A stretch of DNA of 64,000 bases from Hydrolagus affinis (lineage: Eukaryota), in contig JAAILG010001467.1 in NCBI GenBank assembly GCA_012026655.1, positions 1 to 64,000 of the forward strand. The letters run 5' to 3'. Within the stretch, counting starts at the first letter, position 1, and each line of letters opens with the position of its first letter. The notes under the pieces are model-generated. The model worked only from the letters and a program-made list of their open reading frames with translations. It was not told the origin of the DNA and searched no databases. Below, one piece after another: positions 39,942 through 50,912 of this stretch. A program made the translations under genes and the position numbers.

Positions 39942-41867
39942 TATTAAGAAATGGTCTCTGAAAGGATAAACAGGCTTTTACTGTATTAAGAAATGGTCTC
40001 TGCAACTGTACGATGCAGCAGTTCAAATTGATGTCCTTGCTGAAATCACCCTCACAACTTCTGTCAGGACTCAAATTGTTCATTATGAGAGCTGAACCTA
40101 TTGAATTATGGTTCAGCTATGGAACCCTGTACATCATCCATTGCATGAGGCAAACAGAAGTGAAGATGCACCAAGATGATGTCAGACAACGAAATGCCTT
40201 TGAACTAAGATGCTCCATTGATGGTTCTGGGATCAGCCCGATTATAAATTAATTATCCATTTTCTTTAATTTACAAAAACTTTAAAAGAATTTATTAGAA
40301 ACCCATTTCAGATTGCATGATTCCCAATGATCACAGATCTATGGTTGGAGTTGTAAACTATGTGTGATTGCTTGGGTACAGAGGAAATGATGATTCCCTT
40401 CCTTGTCCAATTAAACAACCAATGAAAGTTTCACATGTGGTTTACACAAGTTGGATAATAGATAATAATGCTTGTACAAGTTGCCTAATGCAACCAATTA
40501 ACTGTTTTGGAAAGATGTGCCCAGCTTTGCCATCAAATCATAAGAGCCAGTTTATTGTTGGCTGAAAAGCAAGTAAATCTCTTGGATTCTTCATCCATTG
40601 GAGAACAGGGACAGCTACAAGAGAATTAGCCTTCTGTTGGTTTGCAAGCAAAATTACTTTTCTTATGTGTGAAACAGTTCAGGAAGAAAAACCATGTTGA
40701 AATTTGGTATTTTTTCTCATTTGTCTAAGTGATCTCTAAGGGACATAGAAAGAGGAGTTGGACCATTCAGCTCAGCATGCCTGTATCACTATTATTGTAG
40801 ATCATGATAGATTTTCCAATCCCATTACCCTAAAGTTTCTGTATCCTTTAATACTCTTACTTTGTGTTGAGTACCATCTAGCTAGACCTTTACTTCATGC
40901 CGTTAATAAAAGCAGTTAACCCTTTCACTGGTATAAACCTACACTTGACAACTGAACAATTGTACTCGAGTTAGGACAAGGCCAGCCACCAGCCATCACA
41001 GAAACGTACAAATTTTCTCACAGAAGGAAGCCATTGGATCTATTCTACCTGTTTCGTGCCAGTATCCAGTTATTTGGACAGCTTTTCATCTCTCCCCCCA
41101 CCATCACAAAATTCGATGAATAAAATACATAAACCAGGTGCAACTCAAAATAGAGCTCCAGCAAAATTATACGGAGAATAATGGATACCTGGGAATGATT
41201 ACAAATCAGTAATCTGATCGAAGGCATCATAAACTGCAAAAACAAACCTTGAGTGGTTTAATACAGTCAACTGAATCCCCGGATTAGATTACAGCCCTGT
41301 AATCACTTTTTAAAATACAATATATACTGTTTTACTTTTAAGTGGGGCTTTACTTTGTTTTTTCTCTCTACTAGCAGTGGTTCTGCAAGCCAGCACCGAA
41401 TGTCAGTGCGCTCAGTATTGTGGAACTATGTGGCTATCCATTCTGCAGGTCTAACAATTGTATTGTGTTTATCTGCAAAATACAGTCACAACACTTTACA
41501 GTAAATCCTGTGAATCGCTTTGAGATCCCTCCTGACGTGAAGGATGCCGCATCAGTTGCAAGGAATAGTCATTTCAGAATTTAAAAACTGAATGCCCACT
41601 GTTGATCATCAAGAAAATCATTAGCAAAGGTTTTTTTTTTTTTGGTCAGCCAGGTTTCTGACACATGGAGAAAGCGCATCAACAAGCTTAAGAGTATCCA
41701 ACCTAAACAGAGAATTCCATGCATCCCAAAAAGTTAACTTGTCTCTCATGGGTGCAGTTTTCATGCAGAACTGGAAACATTCATTTGGGTCAGTCATTCA
41801 CATCACTATTAAGTTCAGTAAGCAGTAACCCACCAGGACTATCACTTCTCATATTTTCGGGGATATA

Positions 41868-42123
41868 CAGGAATCCCCCGATTTATGACGTTTCAATTTA
41901 CACTGTTTCAATTTAAGGCACATAATGTTTTAACACCTTTTTAAAATCGATATACATTTGGTTTTGTTTTAAACGACCAAAAAATTTGGCGCAGCTTTTT
42001 TGCGCATGCGCAGTACATAGTGTATTTTGTGGGACCACATAGGAAACTGCGTTTCGATTTAAAACGTTTAGATTTGCGTGACATTTTCAGGAATGCAACC
42101 CTGTCGTAAATGGGGGATACCTG
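41868..42123. mobile_element. Tigger/pogo-like MITE (256 bp)
   Basis: TA|CAGGAATCCCCCGATTTATGAC ... GTCGTAAATGGGGGATACCTG|TA. Confidence 0.85.
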
Positions 42124-42499
42124 TATTTTAGTAATATTAGAATTATTTGGCCTTTTTCTTTATATCTGTACCAGTGTGACATAAACACCGGTTTTGAAAA
42201 TCAGAACTTTCCTTTTTAATCATGTTACCTTTAAATGAGACTTACAATAATTTAATTTGTATAACTATTGTGTGAAAAGTTTAAAAGTTATCTGATCAAA
42301 ATTCATTTTGAAAAAAATGCAACATTTAATTTACCCCCCAACCAGTCAAAATTGTCATGTGCTTTGAAATATCCTCCCAACATTATACTATACTATATAT
42401 TATATACACTTTTCACTTAATGTTATACTAGTAATCTCAATTGTGTTTCCAGGTAAGATTTTACACAGAACTATTCAGCTCAGTTTTAGTTCTTACGCC

Positions 42500-42820
42500 C
42501 AAATTTCTTTTACTTGCATTCTTTGGTATTTTAACTGTTTTGGAAAACAAATTACTTCATCAACCTTATGAATTCTATTTGGTATCATTTTGAAAACATC
42601 TTGAAGTCTCCTCTTTTCGAAGGAGAACAGTATCAACTTCCTTAACCTTTCCTCATAACTTAGGTTCCCCAATAGCTGGAATTTATATTGATTGATGGCT
42701 TGCTTTTGTTTTGCTCTTATCAAAGACAAACAATATCTTTCTAATGATTAGGTGATCAAAGCAGTGCACAGTAAAGTACTCTAGATGGGTTCTGACCTAT
42801 GCTTAAGCAGCAATTCAACA
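42500..42820 (-). mobile_element. Degraded CR1 LINE ORF2 fragment
   Basis: ORF LGNLSYEERLRKLILFSFEKRRLQDVFKMI. Confidence 0.8.
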
Positions 42821-44719
42821 TTTTTTAGTTTAAAATTGCTTTCCATCAGCTAACAAAGACAGGCCAGTCACTTGATTTTTTTAAAAAAAAACAGCAGCCG
42901 CCAAGTACGAGGCTGACTGTTTCATGGGCTCATCCATAATAATCCTCAAATCACTTTACTGATCAGAGCACAATATAACTGTTCCATTTGACACCAAACT
43001 CATCCTTTTGGTTCCTTGCTCCCATACTAATTATTGCACAATTTATCTACATCAGACTCCATTTGTCATCTTCTCTCCCAGTTCCCCACAAGATCTAAAA
43101 TCAGGAATCTGGTTCTATTGTTCCTCATTATTTCTACTACTTAACAGCTCGGATGAGAAGCAGCATAAACCATTATACAAATGGACTGGCAAGCTGCAGT
43201 CCCAATCATAGCTTCTAATCAAGGATTTCACATAAGCGGATGATGCAAGCACTATTAAAATTGCAATTTATCAGTTTGGGAGGAAAGGTTACTTTGTAAC
43301 ACTGCATATACTGTACAAACTTTTGATATTCCAGTGATTACATTACAACCCTTTAGTCCTTCAAAGGGCAATCAACGACATGGAGAACAAAGACCGATTG
43401 CCCTCCACAGCATGACAATGTAAAAAAAAGCCTGGCTTAAATACTTCAGCATAACATTTTTTTTTTAAAATGAATACGCGGGAGCAGTTTGAAGGCTGTA
43501 ATTTTGTCTTGCATGTCAGATAATAGTTTAACCTCCCAATGGTATATACTCCCTCCGAGGCATCAGTTATTCTCTATAGTTGCTGCACAACATGCACAGG
43601 AGCATCGCACTTCTACCAAAGACTGGAAAAATGATTTTACTGAGGCAGTGCACTGATCTGATGTAATCCTGTAACTGAGGTCCAGAACTCTCCATACTGA
43701 AATGTTGCCCATTGTAATGATGGCAGTGAAGGAGGAGTGGAATAGCAGTCATTTCAATCTTTCAAACAAGTGAACTAAAGGGAAAACAATCTTGGAATTG
43801 TGTTCAAAATGCAATGTACCTTTATGTAATAGGCAGGTTGTCCTGTACAAAGCACTCTCTCTTCTCCCTTATGGTTTTGTAGCATTAGATCATGAACCAA
43901 TTCACACGGGCTTCAGTGGAGATGAATGTTCTTCCCCTAATAAACAGCAATCCATTTCATCCTATTTTTACTGGGGAGATTCTATTGCCATACAGTGATG
44001 GAAGTGGCAGAGCAACATTTGATGGTAAACAAAAGCATAAAATTGAACAGAAACCTTCCATTTATTAAGCCGTATTAATACACGCCCAGCAATCGTTTTA
44101 CCTACATTTCACAATGGAAACAAAAATACCTTCTGCATAAAATACTAAAGCATCAGTTGTTCAATTACAGATGTGCATAGGTCCCTCCCTCATAGTCCAC
44201 CAGGTTTGTTGCCTTATTGCAGCAGTTGTCCTGGCCAACTACCCCCCAAATAAAATCGATTATTCACTTCACAGCTGAGTTAACTGCCGTCCATAAACTG
44301 CACCGTACAAAATGTGATGCACTTTGGGATTTTCTCCCGATGTGAAAGGTCCTATGTCAAATGTAAGGATTATTATTATTATATATGATTATATGAGTTG
44401 CATTTGAGTAACTTTGATCAAAAATGCATCAATGAAAGAAAACGAAGACCCTTTGTATTTTAAATTCAGAGAAAGTCAACTGAGGCTAAAATTTAGTGTA
44501 ATAGGTATGATTTTTATAGTTAGAAGTATTGAGCCCCCCAATTTCCCCTTCCTACCTTTTACCTAGCAGTAAGTAGGAACCCAGTTGTTAATCAATCAGT
44601 TGATCGCTTTTCCAGGGGTAATATTCCCTCCAAAAAAATAATAATTTGGTCTCTAAATCCAGGACTGTTTGTGTGGCACTCCTGTGCGTAATTAGATGCT
44701 GCATTTTGTCCACAAAATA

Positions 44720-44927
44720 CAGTAAAAGCCCATTTATCCGGCACCCGATCAACCGTAACTTCTGTATAACCGGCATCGCAAAAAAAGTCCACATTTGATT
44801 AACCGGAATTTATCCGGAAAAATGCATTAATTTTTTTTGGGGGGGGCGTTTTCAGCCGAATATCCGGCACGCGCTTTAACCAGCATTGGCCAGGTCCTGA
44901 GGGTGCCAGATAAACAAGCTTTTACTG
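44720..44927. mobile_element. 208-bp MITE of the same family as 39318, inserted in a SINE (~44640-45010)
   Basis: TA|CAGTAAAAGCCCATTTATCCGGCAC ... GTGCCAGATAAACAAGCTTTTACTG|TA; SINE sequence (cacaaaata / tacagtc...gtgaagcgc) continues on both sides. Confidence 0.9.
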
Positions 44928-45619
44928 TATACAGTCTATAGAATATTCTGTGAAGCGCTTTTTCATAGGTTTCGAAAATCCTCAAATGCAAGGATTATTA
45001 TTATTATTATCATCATCATCCTTATTATTATACTCTCCTGAGGCCATGCAATCAGAGGCTGAGAGGGTGGCTGGATAAGCTACTCCCAGGCTAATACACC
45101 AACGGCATTGTGATATGGCAGTGTAATGGCAACTCCCATTGTGGAGGTGTTAGGTTTCCATTCAAGGGCCTCCCTTCCCCATTACTCCAGATCACCTTTA
45201 CAATCTTTAACTGCCCATGGAGCACCAGGTAGCAAGACTGAAGTGATGCTTCACTATAGTCTAATTCATAACAATTTCAAAAGGAGTCTCAATATCCAAA
45301 AGCTTATCACCAAATCTCCGCCACTCAAGTCATTTATTTCAGAGAAATGCTGAAAGGCAGACATGGATTACAGTAGAAAAATAGTAAGACCTTCTTGGGT
45401 GCTTGGAGGAATTGACAATGTTTAATTAGATAGTTTCTCCTGTTCCATTAGAAATCTGTGCTGAACTTTTGTAATCAACAAATTATGTTGGGAACGAAAT
45501 TGCACTCCTGCCCTGTCGCTTTGGTAATGGATTCCCCAATTTCTCCCTCTAAAGGCTGCAGATCATCCAAAATTCTGCAGCTTGTGTCCTCTCCCGCACC
45601 AGGCTCCACAAACCTGAGT

Positions 45620-46680
45620 TTCGCCCTCAAATATACAGTCAATTCACTTTGCAGTATATTCTGTGAAGCCCTTTGATTTGTCTAGAAGTTGTGAAAAGTA
45701 CTGTATCAAATGCAAGGATTATTATTATAAAAATCAACCATAAAATCAACAATTATAGCATGGGATCAATTTACAATATTCTCTTTCTTTGCCCTGATCA
45801 GTATCCATCCCTACCATTTCTGAGTCATTATTCTACATAAAGGGTGCTATATAAATGCAAACCATTGTTGCCGTTGTCTTCTTGACCACGTGAACCAACT
45901 CTGAAAATCTGACTGGAGTTTGTGTTTTTTTCCTATAATGAATAATCCTTCCATTTGATGTAGTGCTTCATCACATTGAGATGCCTCAAAGTCCTTCACA
46001 GAATATACTGTAAAGTGAATTGACTGTATTTTATGGAGAAACTCAAGTTGTCAATTGTGCACAGCAGGAAAGCAAAAACAGAGGTGGAGGATTATTCACA
46101 GATAGAGAAATGCACATGGTGATAAACATGAACAGCAAAAGGAAGACAGGCCAACAACAACTTTTGTAGAATCCCTTTCACATCAGGAAGACGTTCCAAG
46201 GTGTTGGACACCCAGGGATTTGCACCCAATCTGGTGGTTGGGATCAGAAGGGGTGGAGGGCAGGAGTGGAGGGCAGGGGTGGAAGGGTGAAGAAGGCACG
46301 GTCAAAGAAGAGTGTTTTCAATCGAGTCTTGAAAGAGGCAAGGAAGGGGGCGAGGTGGCGATGGTGCGATACTGTGGGATGTAGTTTATGTACATGTCAA
46401 AGTGCTTCACAGAATACACTAAAGTATAATGACTGTATTTTTGAGCAAAAAACGGCAGCCAATTGTGCTCAGTACTGACTCACAAACAGTCTTCGTTTGA
46501 GTAACCATCATTTTAGTATAGCGAGAATTAGTGTAGTGAGAATTTTAATTTGATATTAATTTAATAATAATAATAATTCCTGCATTTGATACAGCGTCCC
46601 ATTATGTTGTTAGGACACTCCAAAGCCCCTCACAGAATACACTGCAAAATTAACTGACTGGCCACTTTGTGGCTGATATT
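45620..46680. mobile_element. Dense cluster of SINE tails and L2 stubs in both orientations
   Basis: SINE tail + at 45620-45730; L2-type tail + at ~45830-45875; SINE - at 45940-46070; L2 - at 46150-46345; SINE - at ~46380-46500 and ~46560-46670. Confidence 0.75.
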
Positions 46681-48160
46681 ATTGCAAGAGAAGAGTTTAT
46701 GAGATAATCTCTTTTCAGTCATTGGAAGTGACATCACAGTGCTGACACAAAGCTTTTTTTAAAAAAAATTGTTCTCTCAGACAAACATTCCTCAAACCTG
46801 GTCAAATTTATTTTCTTTGAATACAGTATAAGAATCTTTCAAACAAAAAACGTTTTCTCACTTATCCTGCTCAGATCTCACAGTGAATCCATCATCTGTG
46901 ACTGAGGATAAGCAGCATGCTCCCAAGCTAGTAGTAACACCACTTATTCCTGGCCAACTACTTGGAAGATATGCCCCAGATGATGGTAGATTTTCTACCT
47001 CCCCTTTGGAGATGTCTAACCTTATACAGAGTTATTTGCTGCTTCCCGGTCACATTTGCTTTGAAAGTTTCAGCAAAGTCAGAATTTATTGCACCAGGTG
47101 GCAGTCTATTTCATAAACCAATTGAGCATGAAAAAGTTATTTACGCTAGGTTTACCTTATGACTTCTTTAGCTTACGAAGTAGTCCCTCTGATTCCTCTC
47201 ACTGGCCATCCCACATCCACATTCTTTGATTCACTTAACCATGTAAAAAATTTAGAGCACATTTTCTGCTTATCTTCTATCCTGCTGAGAATAACGTACA
47301 ATAATTTCTGGTCACCACATCATCTTTGATGCCCTTTTTGAGTTGTTTCCATTGCCTAGGTTATTCTTTCAAAAAAAACAATAACTTAAGGAATGGGGAC
47401 ACTAACCACCCCACCCCAGTTCTTTATCAACAGGCTCTCCAACATTTTAGAGAGTGGTAAAATCGCCAGTTTAGGTTTTGCATTCAATCGATCTATTAAC
47501 CATAACAACAAAGTTTTATATGTGGGAAACTATCACACCTAGAATTCTTCCAACCTATAGTTAACTGACATTCTGAAACACTCTTGCATTGCTAATTGCT
47601 ACCATTTTTTCTCCCTCATTGGCTTAGAATACGAGGGGAGTTGCAGACATCTCTAAATTCTAATCCTGTTCCTTGGCTTTCTCCAATAATGCATCATAAT
47701 TACAGTACTTCCATTAAAATAGTTTGAATATTAATGGTAATCACCCCAGGAGGATCCATTGCATTTTCTGCTGAACATAGTCAATGTACATTTTCAACTA
47801 GTGTGACAATATTATCTGTTGTCTTCCAGTATTTGCTCAACACACAACAACCTTTTTTACATCTAAGAGCTTTTTCACTTTACATTCCAAATGGTAACTG
47901 AGCACACACCAAGACTCTAAAAACTACTACTCTGTAAAGCTTTCAGCTCAACTACAGTTGACTTAATCCATACCTGCTGCCTTGCTATTGATATAGAAAC
48001 TATTTTTTGCAAAAAATCTCAGCTCATGCTTGCCTTCTGTGAAGAAACACAAAATGGGTCTTACCAAAACAAGATGAAGTAACTTCACAATTATAATTAG
48101 TGTCATGCTTTACATTCTCTATGGAATAGGCATTTAAAACGGCAACAAAATAGTCCGTAC

Positions 48161-48355
48161 CTCAAAATCATTTGCTTTGTTGTAGTGCATGTTCAAGGCT
48201 CTGTAGAGCTCGGAATCGCGAGAGACAGTCAGCTCCTCTGTGCTTGTTACGCCATCATTAATGGACTGACGAGCAAACTTCTCCATCTGGATGTAGTAAA
48301 ATTCTCGGAAATTGCTGAACCACTTGATAAGCTGCGAAGTGATGCATCTATTAAA
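48161..48355 (-). CDS. PROX1: Prospero homeobox protein, coding exon homologous to PROX1 exon 4
   Basis: Translation is [65 protein letters not shown] (195 bp). Acceptor tttcttgttgctag and donor GTACGG; phase 0 at both ends. Confidence 0.95.
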
Positions 48356-48574
48356 CTAGCAACAAGAAAGTACAAGTGTGAGACGTTTTAATTTTAGTTG
48401 CTGCAAAAATTTTAGTCACTATGTATTAAATAAATTAAATAAGTAATGCGCATTTCAGAGAGCATCTAAACCCAATGATGTGTTGTTAATATTCCATCAA
48501 GCCAAGTTTTAAATGAATAAATCAGTGAAATTGAACTAATTTTGTTTTCAAAAAATGTTTTGCTCATTTCGACT

Positions 48575-48740
48575 AAATAAACAACACAATTGCATTTATA
48601 GAGCACCCTTCACATCGGGAGGATGTCCCAAGGCACTGAACAGTCAGGGGTCGGGACCCGAGCATGGGGGAGGGGCAGGGTGGGGGAGGGAGAGGTGTGA
48701 GGATGACAGAAGGCATCATCGAAAAGGGTCAAAAACAATA
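48575..48740 (-). mobile_element. L2 3'-tail fragment
   Basis: aacaacacaattgcatttatagagcacccttcacatcgggaggatgtcccaaggcactg. Confidence 0.8.
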
Positions 48741-48907
48741 ACTCGCTTTTTTTATAGCGTCCCTCGCACAGCATGGCGTAGCAGAGCGCTCGATAGTAAT
48801 GGAGCTTTCTGGTGATACTGAAATAATTGTGGAATAATTTTCAACCCAAAAAAGGTGATTAGGAGGTGGCCACGCTTATTGTGGTTTGTTGCTGATGCAG
48901 ACGCTGT

Positions 48908-49007
48908 NNNNNNNNNNNNNNNNNNNNNNNNNNNNNNNNNNNNNNNNNNNNNNNNNNNNNNNNNNNNNNNNNNNNNNNNNNNNNNNNNNNNNNNNNNNNN
49001 NNNNNNN
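48908..49007. other. Assembly gap (100 N, probably of unknown size)
   Basis: Run of N. Confidence 1.
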
Positions 49008-49438
49008 CCTCGTCCTCACCTTCAAGGCCTTACATGGCCTTGCCCCGCCCTACTTAACCAATCTACTCTCCCCCTACAAGCCCACCCGGACCCTCCGTTC
49101 AGCAGGACTTGGCCTGCTCCAAGCCCCCCGCCCGAACCGCCCCACCATTGGAGGCCGGGCCTTCAGTTTTTCTGCCCCAACCCTATGGAATTCCATCCCC
49201 CAATCCCTCCGTCTCGTTTCTTCCTTTTCCTCTTTCAAGGCCGGTTTGAAGACTTTCCTCTTCGACCGTGCCTTTTGTTCCCCCCCCACCCCGAATTCTT
49301 CGACCTCCCCTACATGTTTCACCCCTTCCCGAACACTCCCCTCCCAGCTCGGGTCACACGCCTCCTGTGCAGCGCCTTGGGACGTCCTCCCGACGTGAAA
49401 GGCGCTCTAAGTGTAATTTGTTGTTGTTGTTGTTGTTG
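49008..49438 (+). mobile_element. Young-looking L2 LINE 3' end; its 5' part is lost in the gap
   Basis: Uninterrupted frame LVLTFKALHGLAPPYLTNLLSPYKPTRTLRSAGLGLL...GGRAFSFSAPTLWNSIPQSLR...FKAGLKTFLFDRAF; (ttg)n tail; CpGs retained. Confidence 0.93.
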
Positions 49439-49747
49439 CTGTGCAGCAAGTCACTGCATGTCAAAAGTAAGTCATGGGGAGAAGCATTTGGGGGAATCAC
49501 AATAAAGCACCATAACAGTACAAGTCATATTTACTTTTACCAACTGACTGATTGATACTAATGCAGATCACAAGTGTGCACTGAATAGTATGGCAGAGTA
49601 CATAGCTCGTTAAGTAAGTAAATGAAAACACCGAATATTTTTTTCAATTGTTTGAATTCCAGATAAGGCTAAAATTGGGTCTGAATTGTTTCAATGTAAT
49701 CTTAAATACAGTAAAAAAAAACTCATTTATACTAAAACACATCATAT

Positions 49748-49860
49748 TCAGTTCTGACGAAGGGTCGTGGACCTGAAATGTTGACTCACTTTTCCTTTCT
49801 CCATGGATGCTGCCTGACCTGCTGAGTTTTCCCAGCAACTTCTGTTTTTGTTTCAGATTT
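49748..49860 (+). mobile_element. Penelope-like element terminal fragment with a hammerhead-like motif
   Basis: ttctgacgaagggtc...gaaatgttgactc...gatgctgcctgacctgctgagttttcccagca, a repeat I recognise as abundant in shark genomes. The Penelope assignment is from memory. Confidence 0.6.
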
Positions 49861-50699
49861 ATATACACGTTTTATATGGACATCTAAAACAAATGTATAT
49901 TGTAATAGTATTTATTGAATCTACAATAAATACTGAATGTGTGCTACAAAAAATGAATTATTCATTTTTAAGATCAGCAAATATACCACATCTTTCAGGT
50001 TATCGGACTACGTATCCTATTTTGTTTTAATTTTTGGTGGTGGACAAAAACATTGTATCTTGTGCTCCCTTCCAACATTTCTCTATGACATTTCACTGAT
50101 GTGAAATCAGATATTGCAAACTCCACTATGCTCACGATGGTTTATTGGACTGTGTGTGGGACCCTGGGCTGTGTGTGGGACCACAATTGCCGTTTGCACC
50201 TAGCAGATTTTCATTCTCAGTCGTGCAGTCAAATCCAGAGCAGAAAACAAGCTTTCTCCCTCTTCCCCAAAGCAAGAAGCACTTGGAGGCAATTTCACCC
50301 ACTGGCTGTTCTCATCTCCAGTCTGGCTGTTGATAGCATTCAACATAGAGTGACCATAGTGGGCAAACAGAATAAATACTATATAAAAAGCACCATGAAT
50401 AAAGTGAATATGATCAATCAATAAATGTTTTAACATTAACTTTTAATTGCAATTGATGAAATCAATAAGCAAATTCTTTCAGGATCCTGTTTTAATAGCA
50501 GCTTCAGCCTCAAAATGTTAAATAATTTAGTCCACTACATACAAGAACAATGTAACTACTGGCAAGTATTCTGAATGTTAAGAGTGCCAGGTTCATAAGC
50601 AACTCAGTCATAAAGAGGGCATAAAATGAGGATTAGCACTGGTCGGAAAAAAAGGTGCTTTGAAGAAATGTCTTTGTCTCCCCCACCACCCCCTACACA

Positions 50700-50912
50700 C
50701 ACATGCGAAGGTTATTGCAATGTAGAATGCCTTACCACAAACGGCTGTTGAAGCCATGTCCGTGACAGCATTTAAAAGGGAATTAGAGAACCACTTGAGG
50801 AAAAAAATATTAATGAAGGCAGGGAAAAGATCAGGGGAATGGAAATAGCATTTACAACACCAGCACAGACACGACCAGCCCTCCTTCTGTGCCGTAAATA
50901 TTCTATGATTTA
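50700..50912 (+). mobile_element. Degraded CR1 LINE 3' end
   Basis: gtagaatgccttaccacaaacggctgttgaagc...catttaaaagggaattaga...ctccttctgtgccgtaaatattctatgatt. Confidence 0.75.

Noticed and set aside
48855-49505. 216-aa and 170-aa ORFs crossing the gap; also ORFs at 23253-23515
   Set aside because: Artefacts of N runs. The real part of the 170-aa frame is L2.
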